Under the pieces are notes generated by a model. That model saw nothing but the letters and a program-made list of their open reading frames with translations. It searched no databases and had not been told where the DNA came from. From contig NC_002677.1 in the NCBI RefSeq assembly GCF_000195855.1, positions 1,920,001 to 1,952,000 of the forward strand: a DNA stretch of 32,000 nt, read 5' to 3'. Both the position numbers and the translations under genes were made by a program. The DNA comes from Mycobacterium leprae TN (GTDB lineage Bacteria > Actinomycetota > Actinomycetes > Mycobacteriales > Mycobacteriaceae). This document shows positions 1 through 8,649 of this stretch, piece after piece (position 1 is the stretch's first letter; each line of letters starts with the position of its first letter).

Positions 1-438
1 AGCAATGAGCCCAGTGTGAATACGAGGACAGACCCCATGAATAGTTGCTGGAACCTAATCGGTCAGCAACTCAACCTGCCCATGGGATCATGGCGGCCCG
101 CGCAAGTGTGTAACCGGTCATCGTCCAGGCAACGGCAGCCTGCGTGGACTCGAACACGCAAATGTAAGGTGCACTGTGCAACGCTGACAACCATGGTGTC
201 GAGGTTCGACAGGAATAAAACCAACACACACACCGACGATCCGGAGCAGCCCGGCGTCCAGCTTGCTGGATAGCTATATTCTCCGACATCTGACTGTTTG
301 ATGCCGGTGGCGGTTAGCGAGCCGAAGGTTGCTGCAGGATGCGCCTTCTCCATAGCCCTGCTGGGGATATCGACCCCACGACCGGCGTGCACCCAAGGAC
401 ACAATCTCGCCTCAAAATGTTGAGGTAACGCAAAAAAT

Positions 439-495
439 GCGTCAACACACCGGATATATGTCAACATTGTTGACATATATCCGGTGTGTTGACGC
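439..495. promoter_or_regulatory. 57-bp perfect palindrome (28-nt arms, 1-nt centre); probable operator or divergent promoter element of the adjacent MarR-like gene
   Basis: Read directly: gcgtcaacacaccggatatatgtcaaca | t | tgttgacatatatccggtgtgttgacgc. All 28 arm positions pair (466/468 out to 439/495), and pairing breaks at 438/496. It carries back-to-back TTGACA hexamers, at 470-475 on + and as the complement of 459-464 on -. It overlaps the first codons of the MarR-like frame. The palindrome itself is certain. The operator role is inferred from the habit of MarR-family repressors of binding palindromes in their own promoters. Confidence 0.6.
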
Positions 496-909
496 GCCAC
501 TCCGTTACCTACCCTCTCGGGCGGGAGCCGCTTGTACGACCAGAAATTTCCGCCGTAATGCGTTCGGCTCAGCCTTACGCTCCCGAATTCTTTTGCCTAC
601 ATATGCTGTCGACGTCTTCTGGCCTGTCGAGCGCCAAACTGTCACGTAACACAGGCATCACACCACAGGTTATAAATATCATTTATAAATACCATACTGC
701 GCAAACCGGAAGACACTGACGTTGTGGCACGTCCCGCGTTGGCGTCCTCCGAGTGTGCACTACTAGCGACGCTGACCGGTCCGAGGGGCGCCTTGTTGAA
801 ACACGCGGATAGTGCGATCCGCATAGCTGATGGCCGCATCTTAGACAAACTGGGTGCACCGCAGCAGCGTGAGTTCAAGCGAATGCTCTACCAGCTCGGA
901 TCCAACTGA
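486..909 (+). pseudogene. MarR-family transcriptional regulator (Rv2887-like), frameshifted
   Basis: The N-terminal part is in the frame of ORF 486..719 (...PEFFCLHMLSTSSGLSSAKLSRNTGITPQVIN), the winged-helix region typical of MarR. The C-terminal part is in the frame of ORF 724..909 (INTILRKPEDTDVVARPA...LTGPRGALLKHADSAIRIADGRILDKLGAPQQREFKRMLYQLGSN). The two frames are joined across a 13-bp tandem duplication at 670-695. Deleting one unit restores one open frame of about 136 codons. Confidence 0.8.
670..695 (+). repeat. 13-bp tandem duplication (ttataaataTcat / ttataaataCcat) that frameshifts the MarR gene
   Basis: Unit 1 is 670-682 and unit 2 is 683-695, with one mismatch (t679 versus c692). 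13 is not a multiple of 3. Frame 3 reads V-I-N up to the repeat, and frame 1 reads I-N-T-I-L-R-K after it. Confidence 0.9.
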
Positions 910-912
910 CAG

Positions 913-2319
913 CTAGTCGCCAATTTGAATCCGCGCCCACGGCCGAGCCTCTTCGAGTTCAAATGCCAGTTCCAATAGTTGCGCTTCCTGACCAAAGTCA
1001 GCGGTGAACATCATGCCCACCGGCATACCATCAGCGGATTGGGCCAACGGCAGCGAAATCGCCGGCTCCCCAGTGACGTTTTGCAACGGAGTGAAAGCGA
1101 CCCAGCCCATCAGCCGGTCCATCACCTGCTGATAGTCGGTGGGAGTGAGGTACCCTATCCGCGGTGTCTCGTCAGCGACCGTTGGAGTAAGTAATACATC
1201 GTAGGTAGCGAAAAAGTCAGCGGTGCGACGCCGCAGCCTACGCAAACGCATGATTGCCTTGGGGAGCCGGTGCATGTTGCGGCTGGCGTGGCGATCCAGG
1301 CCCAGCGTCAAACTGTCCAGCTTGGTGCGGTCGAACGTGTTGCCGAACGCGAGCCGGCCGGTCCGCACCTGCATCGCCGCCAACAGTCCCCAATACAGCA
1401 GGAAATCGTCCGGGAAATTAGGCGGCACCGGGGGCTCGGCAACCCGTTCGACGCGATGGCCCAGCTCCTCGAGCAGCCTAGCCGACTTCAGTGTGAGCTC
1501 GCGTAGTTCGGGGCTACACTCGCGCTGAACCGAACGCGTCACCACGGCAATCCGAAGCCGTTGCCGACCGGGCTGCGTGACGTCTCCGACCGGCGGCAGC
1601 TTGGGGTTGTGCCAAATACGCTCAGCCTCTCTATAGAAGGCCGCAGTGTCCCGCACCGAGCGGGTCAGCACGCCGTTGACTACGATGCCCACCGGAAGCC
1701 GGCGCAGCTCGGAATCCAGCGGCAATCGTCCGCGTGACGGCTTGAGCCCGACAAGCCCGTTGCAGGAGGCCGGAATACGAATCGACCCGCCACCATCGTT
1801 GGCGTGCGCCATCGGGACTACACCGGCGGCGACGAACGCACCCGATCCCGAAGACGAGGCCCCGGCAGTGTAGTCGGTGTCCCATGGGTTGCGAACCGGC
1901 CCTAGACGCATATGTTCAGCGGAGGCGCTGAACCCGAATTCTGACAACTGCGTCTTGCCCAAAGATACCGGTCCGGTGGCCAAATACAGCCGGGTGAACT
2001 CTCCGTCGTCGAACGCATTTCGGGGCACCCATGCGTCGCTGCCACGCATCGTCGGCTGTCCAGCGACATCGATGTTGTCCTTGATGAAGGTCGGGACACC
2101 GCTAAAGAAGCCACTGCCTGCTTTCGACGCGGTCTGCCGAGCCCACTGAAACGCCTCATAAGCCAAGCCACCCAAGGCCGGGTTAACGGCCTCGGTCCGC
2201 ACAATGGCCGCCTCGATGACATCGGCTCTGCTGACCCAACCGGCTCGGATAGCGTCGGCTAGACCGACCGCGTCGAGATCGCCGAGGGCGTCGTCACCGA
2301 AAGCGTGCACACGTTGCAT
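913..2319 (-). CDS. amiC: Amidase-signature family amidase (Rv2888c/AmiC-like), intact
   Basis: A 468-aa uninterrupted ORF. It carries the amidase signature GASSSGSGAFVAAGVVPMAHANDGGGSIRIPAS and the upstream catalytic-Lys context FIKDNIDVAG. It converges on the MarR remnant, with stop codons 3 nt apart. Confidence 0.9.
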   Translation of the reverse strand: MQRVHAFGDDALGDLDAVGLADAIRAGWVSRADVIEAAIVRTEAVNPALGGLAYEAFQWARQTASKAGSGFFSGVPTFIKDNIDVAGQPTMRGSDAWVPRNAFDDGEFTRLYLATGPVSLGKTQLSEFGFSASAEHMRLGPVRNPWDTDYTAGASSSGSGAFVAAGVVPMAHANDGGGSIRIPASCNGLVGLKPSRGRLPLDSELRRLPVGIVVNGVLTRSVRDTAAFYREAERIWHNPKLPPVGDVTQPGRQRLRIAVVTRSVQRECSPELRELTLKSARLLEELGHRVERVAEPPVPPNFPDDFLLYWGLLAAMQVRTGRLAFGNTFDRTKLDSLTLGLDRHASRNMHRLPKAIMRLRRLRRRTADFFATYDVLLTPTVADETPRIGYLTPTDYQQVMDRLMGWVAFTPLQNVTGEPAISLPLAQSADGMPVGMMFTADFGQEAQLLELAFELEEARPWARIQIGD

Positions 2320-2354
2320 AGCAACAACGCTAGACGCTCGCGCTCACCGCCAAG

Positions 2355-3185
2355 CTAGGCTTGGCCCACCTCGAACCGAACGAATCGCGTCACCGTCACG
2401 CCGGCCTCGTCAAGCAGGACCTTGACGGTCTTCTTGTTGTCGAAAACCGACGGCTGTTCGAGCAGCACGGAATCCTTGAAGAAACCATTTAGCCGGCCTT
2501 CGACGATCTTGGGCAGCGACTGCTCCGGCTTGCCCGCAGCTTTAGCGGTCTCTTCGGCTATGCGACGTTCACTAGCCAAGACGTCTTCGGGAACATCGTC
2601 GCGGGACAGGAAACGCGCCTTGAGCGCGGCGATCTGCAGCGCGGCCGCATGTGCCGCCGCTGTGCTGTTAGCCGCGTCGGTGCCGGCACCATACTCAACT
2701 AGCACGCCCACCGCTGGCGGCAAGTCAGCCGCGCGCTTGTGTAGGTAGGTTGCCACGGTGCCGTTGAAGATCGCGGCGCGGCGCAGTTTCAGTTTCTCGC
2801 CAATCTTGGCCGCCAGCTCGGCGATCGCTTGCTCGACCGTCTTATCACCGACACTAGCCCCCTTGAGTGCGTCGACGTCAACGATTTTGGCTGCCGCCAC
2901 CACCCCAACGATTTGGTTGGCCAGCTTTTGGAACTCGGCGTTTTTAGCAACGAAGTCCGTTTCGCAGTTCAACTCGATAAGCGCACCATCTTTAGCCGCA
3001 ACCAGGCCCTCGGCAGTGGCCCGTTCGGCACGCTTGCCAACGTCCTTGGCACCCTTGATCCGGAGAGACTCGACAGCCTTGTCGAAGTTTCCGTCGGTTT
3101 CGACCAGCACACTCTTGCAGTCGAGCATGCCGGCACCAGTTAGCGCGCGAAGCCGCTTGACATCAGCGACAGTAAAATTCGCCAT
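2355..3185 (-). CDS. tsf: Translation elongation factor Ts
   Basis: [62 protein letters not shown]... is the canonical EF-Ts N-terminus. I place the start at the ATG at 3185 (cat at 3183-3185). The ORF-track extension to 3254 overlaps rpsB and is not conserved-looking. Confidence 0.95.
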   Translation of the reverse strand: MANFTVADVKRLRALTGAGMLDCKSVLVETDGNFDKAVESLRIKGAKDVGKRAERATAEGLVAAKDGALIELNCETDFVAKNAEFQKLANQIVGVVAAAKIVDVDALKGASVGDKTVEQAIAELAAKIGEKLKLRRAAIFNGTVATYLHKRAADLPPAVGVLVEYGAGTDAANSTAAAHAAALQIAALKARFLSRDDVPEDVLASERRIAEETAKAAGKPEQSLPKIVEGRLNGFFKDSVLLEQPSVFDNKKTVKVLLDEAGVTVTRFVRFEVGQA

Positions 3186-3186
3186 A

Positions 3187-4020
3187 TCAGGCTTCCGTAG
3201 GGTTGGCTTCTGATAAGTCCGCGCCCGAATCGTTGAGGGCGCTGGAACCAGCACCGGCTAACAGCTCCTGCTCCCATTCCGGGAGCGGCTCAACGGCCTC
3301 CGTTTCGGGCTTGCCATCGCCGCACCTCAGACCGGCACGGACCTGCAAGCCTTCGGCAACCGCGGAGGCGATCACCGTAGTCAACAGCTCCGCCGATCGG
3401 ATCGCGTCGTCGTTGCCCGGGATCGGGTAGTCGACCTCGTCGGGGTCGCAATTAGTGTCCAGGATCGCAATCACCGGGACGCCCAGTTTGCGGGCTTCGC
3501 CAACGGCGATGTGCTCTTTGTTCGTGTCGACAACCCAGATTGCCGACGGCACCTTCGCCATATCCCGGATACCGCCCAGGCTGCGCTCCAGCTTGTTCTT
3601 TTCCCGGGTCAAGCCCAAGATCTCCTTCTTGGTACGACCCTCGAAACCACCAGTCTGCTCCATCGCCTCCAGCTCCTTTAGACGCTGCAACCGCTTATGC
3701 ACGGTGGAGAAGTTGGTGAGCATGCCACCCAGCCAGCGCTGGTTCACATACGGCATGCCGACGCGAGTCGCTTCGGCCGCGACGGACTCCTGCGCCTGCT
3801 TCTTGGTGCCAACGAACAAAACTAAGCCACCGCGGGCGACAGTCTCTTTAACGAACTCGTAGGCCTTGTCGATGAAAGTCAGCGTCTGCTGTAGGTCAAT
3901 GATGTAGATGCCGTTGCGATCAGTGAAAATGAACCTCTTCATCTTGGGATTCCAACGACGGGTCTGGTGCCCGAAGTGGGTGCCGCTGTCAAGCAGCTGT
4001 TTCATGGTCACAACAGCCAT
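3187..4020 (-). CDS. rpsB: 30S ribosomal protein S2
   Basis: [46 protein letters not shown]... is the canonical S2 sequence. The ATG is at 4020, with aagga 8-12 nt upstream. The stop at 3187-3189 lies 1 nt before the tsf start. The ORF-track extension to 4152 is rejected. Confidence 0.95.
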   Translation of the reverse strand: MAVVTMKQLLDSGTHFGHQTRRWNPKMKRFIFTDRNGIYIIDLQQTLTFIDKAYEFVKETVARGGLVLFVGTKKQAQESVAAEATRVGMPYVNQRWLGGMLTNFSTVHKRLQRLKELEAMEQTGGFEGRTKKEILGLTREKNKLERSLGGIRDMAKVPSAIWVVDTNKEHIAVGEARKLGVPVIAILDTNCDPDEVDYPIPGNDDAIRSAELLTTVIASAVAEGLQVRAGLRCGDGKPETEAVEPLPEWEQELLAGAGSSALNDSGADLSEANPTEA

Positions 4021-4387
4021 AGTGAGCCCATGTCCTTTTCGTGTCGGTTGTTCGCCTGGCTTCAGCTGAAGCCGGGCCCTGGCGTCTGCTTGCAATGCCG
4101 GACCCAGTCGAGGAAACCCCCGGCCGGGACCCTCCCGGCATGCGGTGCGCACTCTCTAGTGGAACTCGAAAGACGCGGTACAGGCGCGCGAAACTTAGCC
4201 CGCTAACGAGCTGCAACCAGGAGTTTACACCGATCCAGCCGGCGGCTTGACACGTCCACAGCGACATCCACGTACAGAGAACCAGAAGCGGCGGCTGACC
4301 AAGCCTTCAGCGCGAAGCTGAACTAGTTAAGGTGCGTTGGGTGACACTAATCGTGAGTAATGACCCTGGTCAGCACGACATAGGAAG

Positions 4388-4799
4388 TTGCCGACGGCCC
4401 CTCGGCTGGATTGGCCTTTGCGTCCCTCACCGGCCATCGTGCTGGACTTGACGCCCCCTGGCCCAGGTAACCCCCTCGTGGGCACCAAGGTGTGGACTTA
4501 TCCGTCGTTCCTTTCAGCCGGTATACGCGGCAAGGTCGTGCGACCGTCATGTTCGCCGGGCAGCTTGCCGGCCGGCTGTGTCGCTGGCGCACTTCGACGG
4601 TCTGTACACTAGCTATGAGCCCAGTCCGAGCGACCGTTGAAGTCGGTCAGCAAGTGATGTCCAAGACTCAAGAATGTGGTCGGCGAATTGGCCGCCGGGA
4701 ACCTCGGCTGCCCAGCCGCGGCGTGTCTGCATTGAGGCGCTATGGGGTCCGGCGTCCGACGCTGATTATGCCGATCTGCTGAGCCTGCTTAAATCTTAA
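4388..4799 (+). pseudogene. M23-family (LytM-type) peptidase, Rv2891-like, with multiple frameshifts and an in-frame stop
   Basis: Pieces lie in different frames, in this order:
- WPLRPSPAIVLDLTPPGPGNPL
- GHQGVDLSVVPFSRYTRQGRATVMFAGQLAGR (the HxGxD motif is readable)
- AVSLAHFDGLYTSYEP
- VRATVEVGQQV
- VVGELAAGNLGCPAAACLH-stop-G (TGA at 4733-4735 where CLHWG is expected)
- DADYADLLSLLKS-stop (4797-4799)
The N-terminal boundary is uncertain. Confidence 0.8.
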
Positions 4800-4843
4800 A
4801 TATCGACTGCCATCCGACTCAAACCGCTGAACCATTGACAGCA

Positions 4844-5737
4844 TCACGCCCGCGGGTGAGCCTGGTCGTGCACCACACGCAGCCGTGAGACCGCCACGTG
4901 GGTGTACAGTTGGGTGGTCGCCAGACTGGAATGCCCTAGCAATTCCTGGACGACACGCAGGTCAGCACCGCCTTCAAGCAAATGAGTGGCTGCGCTGTGC
5001 CGCAGCCCATGCGGTCCCATGTCGGGTGCACCGGCTACCACGGCCACGGTTTGGTGCACCACCGTGCGGGCCTGGCGCACGTCGAGCCGTCGCCCCCGTG
5101 ATCCCAGGAGTAGTGCTGGCCCGGACTCTACGGTGACCAAAGCCGGGCGCCCGTCGTCCAGCCAGCCGCGCAGCGCGTCAGCGGCCGGTACCCCAAACGG
5201 CGCGGTGCGCTGTTTATTGCCCTTACCCAGGACACGCACCAGCCGGTGCCGGGTGTCCACATCGTCGATGTCCAAGCCGCACAACTCACTCACCCGGATG
5301 CCGGTGGCGTACAACATTTCTACGATCAACCGGTCCCGCAAAGCCAGAGGATCACCCTGCTCGGCGCCGGATTTTGCGGCCGCCATGATCTGCAACGCCT
5401 GATCCTGACGCAGCACCGCCGGCAGGGTGCGATACGCCCTAGGCACCTGTAACCGCGCGGCGGGGTCGGCCGCAAGTTGGCCACGCCACTTCGCCCACGC
5501 GGTGAATGCCTTGACCGCCGAGATGCGACGGGCCAACGTGGTGCGAGCCGCGCCGGCACCGGCCGCCGTAGCCAGCCACGACCGCAGCACCGGCAGGCTC
5601 AGTTGATCTAGCCTGGACCCACGTCCCTCTAGATGGGTCAACAACGACCGCAGGTCGCCCAGATATGCACGACGGGTATGCTCTGAGCGACCGCACCGCA
5701 GCGCTAGGTGCTCATCGAACTCGTCGAGGATCGCCAC
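4844..5737 (-). CDS. xerC: Tyrosine recombinase XerC
   Basis: The C-terminal catalytic region is [38 protein letters not shown] (R...HxxR...Y). The N-terminal SAM-like domain is [31 protein letters not shown]. The ORF is open to 5824. I favour the GTG at 5737 (VAILDEF...), which gives about 297 aa. The start is uncertain by 29 codons. Confidence 0.9.
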   Translation of the reverse strand: MAILDEFDEHLALRCGRSEHTRRAYLGDLRSLLTHLEGRGSRLDQLSLPVLRSWLATAAGAGAARTTLARRISAVKAFTAWAKWRGQLAADPAARLQVPRAYRTLPAVLRQDQALQIMAAAKSGAEQGDPLALRDRLIVEMLYATGIRVSELCGLDIDDVDTRHRLVRVLGKGNKQRTAPFGVPAADALRGWLDDGRPALVTVESGPALLLGSRGRRLDVRQARTVVHQTVAVVAGAPDMGPHGLRHSAATHLLEGGADLRVVQELLGHSSLATTQLYTHVAVSRLRVVHDQAHPRA

Positions 5738-5817
5738 GCTGTGGTCCGACACTCGACTTACGTTTGCAGATTCAGCACGGCGTTTCGCTGTAGACGCGCC
5801 GAACTGTTGTCGTGACG

Positions 5818-7452
5818 TTACCATCCGAAGTTTTTGTTATAAACGAGGTGGTTTTCAATGGTCAGGGCATCGAGCAGCATCCCGGCGAACGCGCGCAGTG
5901 CATCCTCCGAGATGCAGACGATGGGTTCGCCGGGGCTGTTGAACGAGGTGTTTAGCACGACTCCGTGCCTACGCTGCTCGCGTAGCTCACACAGTAGGTC
6001 GGCGTAGCGACCGGTGCCGGGTTCACACGGTTTGCTGACGGACCGTTCCATTAAACATGTACAATTGCTCTATTATCCATGCCAGCTTGGTCGGTGAAGA
6101 TGAAACTTTGCTCCATGTGATGGGGAACGTGTCACAGCCGAACAGGTACCGCGACTCGTCATGTGGCAAAGCGAGAGCAAACAGGCACCATTTTTCGCGC
6201 CGTTTGCTGTTGAGGTGGTCGCGATGCCCAACGCTCGTGGGCCGGACTCCATCCGGCCCTGGCACCAATCCAGCACCTGTTCCCGCCCCACACGCTCGAC
6301 CGCCACTTCGACAGGATCATCGACCTCAACAACGTCAAAGCCCTAGTGCACCAGGTGATCGTGGATGGTATCCGAGGAATACCCGGGACCAAGGTCGGTG
6401 ATACCATCATGCTTAATCAACAAACCATGCTGAGCGCCAACGTGCAGCACAGTTCCCAGCGCTACACCGGCATCGTGTAGTTCCGGCATGAGGTGCAGCG
6501 ACACACCGCGGTCAACGAGACGGGTGTTAGTGACACTGTTCAACCCTATGCCGTTGGCGACACATAAATCGATGTTCGCCAACCGTCTCTAGCACGTAGC
6601 ACGCCGACGAAAACATCAGATCGTCCACGGACACTTGAGCATACGCCACCACGCCTGGTTTTAAGTTCACCACGTCGACGTTGCACCTAATTAGGTGGGA
6701 ACGTAGCTTGTCAAAGCCCAGCGCAATCCGCGCAGGCCGTCTAGGAGGACATCTCAGGACCGGTGGACCACACTGGCACGGCCACACGGTGGTACGGAAG
6801 TGACGAGATCGTCGTCGCGGCCTGATAAGAGCGAACGGGTGCCCACGCATCCATAGCAGGCCAATACCATGGTCTTGCCGAAGTCGTAACGCCCGAATCC
6901 GCAATGATCGCCGACCGACTGGTAGAACAAGACGAGCAAGTGTTCTACATAGATAACAGATAGGAGCGGATTGGGCTTAAGTTCGTTTCCGCGAGCCAGG
7001 TAGATCGATATGATCGGTAAGTATGTATCCTCACCACGCCCGTCAGCGATAAGGACTGCTGCCGAGACCAATCCGGACCAAAGGAACGCCGGAGCAGCAT
7101 GCGCATTGTGGTGTGCCACTCAGTGCACTCAAAATATGCGACGCGGCGGCTGACCGGTAACGAATCGGACGAACTACATATCGTCCAGATCTCACGAATG
7201 TTATTGACCTGTAGCAGATCACATCCTTACACCAGCACATCGACATCATCGATTTCGATGCCCCTTCCCCGAGAAGCTAGTCCACCGCTAGCACAAGCAA
7301 CATCTATCACGAATGCCGAACCCAGTTAAGCCGTTCCTCTTTCGACTTCGACTAAGGGCATCAGCTGCCCATCAACCATAAGTGCGGCAGCGGGATCATC
7401 GTGGCTAGCACCGCGGCATTCACCCCATACCATCGACACCGAGCACAATCAT
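5818..7452 (-). pseudogene. NodU/CmcH-type carbamoyltransferase, heavily frameshifted
   Basis: Family motifs are spread over at least 6 frame changes:
- N-terminus MIVLGVDGMG then ASHDDPAAALMVDGQLMPLVEVERGTA-stop (cf. ILG..HDsaAaL.dG.iv.A.EER)
- HHNAHAAPAFLWSGLVSAAVLIADGRGED...GFGRYDFGKTMVLACYG (cf. HH.AHaasAf..S.f..A.vl..DG.GE ... lGf...dE.K.MgLA.YG)
- LCVANGIGLNSVTNTRL...PELHDAGVALG (cf. LaGGvaLN...N..l...P..gDaG.A.G)
- C-terminus HGVVLNTSFNSPGEPIVCISEDALRAF (cf. LNTSFN..GEPIV)
The ATG is at 7452 and the frame ends at 5818. Confidence 0.85.
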
Positions 7453-7483
7453 CTCAGCACATCTCTTAGTCACGTGCCAGTTG

Positions 7484-8639
7484 TCACAGCCGCACGGCAC
7501 CGTTGAGCACGCCGCTTGTCCAATGTTCCCACAACGTGTTTCGTTCCGACCACTGCTCGATCCGGCGCAGCTGAGCTCGCACATCGGAAGTGGATAAGGT
7601 GAAGGTCATCTTCGCAACGGTTGGTCCCAGGCTTACTGTGCCGTGGTACATGCGGCAGCACTTGCCGGATACACCGAGTAGCTCGAAATGTTGGGTCGCG
7701 GGCAGTGGCCAAGGACGCGGCGCAACACACCGGCATGCGGGTAGGAAAGCGGGCAAAACCTTGTAACGGCTTCCGAACCGCATAATAGGACCGCTGCCAA
7801 CGTCAGACCTCGCATAGCAGGCTGGCACCGTGTAGATCCACCCCGGACACTTCCTCATGGATATCGACAACGACAGCGGGGCCGGTGGCGCAACAAGCAA
7901 TCTCACACAACACCAGTCGGTCATCAGGCGTGTAAAAAATCTCGGCGTGGAAAGCGCTGATGCCGGGAACGGTCAGCAACGCACCCAAGACCTGCGCAGT
8001 CGGCACACGAATACAGTCGGCCATCGAATTTGATTCCGAGAGTATGGCAACCAGGTAGGAGGCCGCATTGAAACCAACCGAGAACCGGTCGAAATGGGGT
8101 TTGCAGCTCGTTACTGGACTCATACGATGACGCCCATAGTCCATGAGGCAGTTGACGTAGTAGAAGTCGCCGTCTATCTACGCTTCGGCAAGCATCAGTT
8201 CACGCCACATTGAGTAGCTTCGCCCACCGAGAACCCTGTCCAAGTCGTCGACATCGCCCAGCAGGTGGATTCACACCGAAACCACCACGATAGACCGGTT
8301 TGACAAGCACGGGGTAGCGGCGAAGTCCCGTACCGTCACAGCGCTCTACACGCGACGCATTGGCGCCATCTGCAATCAGGCATCGGCGAAGATCAATTTC
8401 ATCACAAACTTGTCCCGGCAGACAGTCGCTGCCGGAGGCATCGCCGCGGTAGTGCATGTACAGTGGACGCAGCAATAAAGAGCATTACAGTAAAGCCTTT
8501 GACTGGCGCCAGAATACAGTGGGCCGTTCAGCAGTAACAGATCGGCCATGAACTCCCGAAGATCGATTTCGCAGCCAGTGAATCGGTCCGCGACGACCAA
8601 CAGCACCCCATCGGGGTTTACCTTTTCCGTGGGCACCAC
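7484..8639 (-). pseudogene. ATP-grasp family ligase, frameshifted
   Basis: CRDKFVMKLIFADA then LIADGANASRV...RRYPVLVKPVYRGGFGV matches DK..mK..l...G.....PvvvKP..ggs.Gv. FHAEIFYTPDDRLVLCEIACCATGPAVVVDIHEEVSGVDLHGASLL matches the ATP-grasp C-terminal fH.E.f.t.dg.l.l.EiA.R.gG. The pieces lie in at least 3 frames. It ends 31 nt upstream of the carbamoyltransferase ATG on the same strand. Confidence 0.75.
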
Positions 8640-8649
8640 AGCTGGTTAA

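Noticed and set aside
63-649. Two ORFs (63..500 on -, 437..649 on +) that begin with almost the same peptide (M[A]RQHTGYMST.LTYIRCVD), which could suggest a duplicated or mirrored gene pair
   Set aside because: Both read out of the 57-bp perfect palindrome at 439-495, so the identical N-termini are a geometric artefact. Neither has family motifs. The plus one is out of frame with the MarR-like sequence.
2422-3862. Plus-strand ORFs antisense to tsf and rpsB (2422..2748, 2758..3213, 2829..3143, 3455..3862)
   Set aside because: These are shadow ORFs opposite canonical EF-Ts and S2 genes, with no motifs.
3187-4152. N-terminal extensions in the ORF track for rpsB (to 4152), tsf (to 3254), rpsP (to 20880), rplS (to 17510), lepB (to 17191), rnhB (to 16220), DUF2469 (to 15412) and htpG (from 25379)
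   Set aside because: In each case the conserved protein N-terminus begins at an internal ATG or GTG. Where I checked (rpsB, rpsP, htpG) a purine-rich SD precedes it. The extensions are Arg/Pro/Ala-rich, overlap the upstream gene or its terminus, and have no homology-like features.
4844-5824. A tyrosine recombinase next to non-syntenic DNA (5818-8639), which could mark an integrative element or island boundary
   Set aside because: The recombinase is the housekeeping XerC in its conserved chromosomal context (rpsB ... xerC ... viuB). I see no flanking direct repeats, tRNA target or other mobility genes. The adjacent cassette is on the far side of the xerC start, not arranged like an integrase-attP module.
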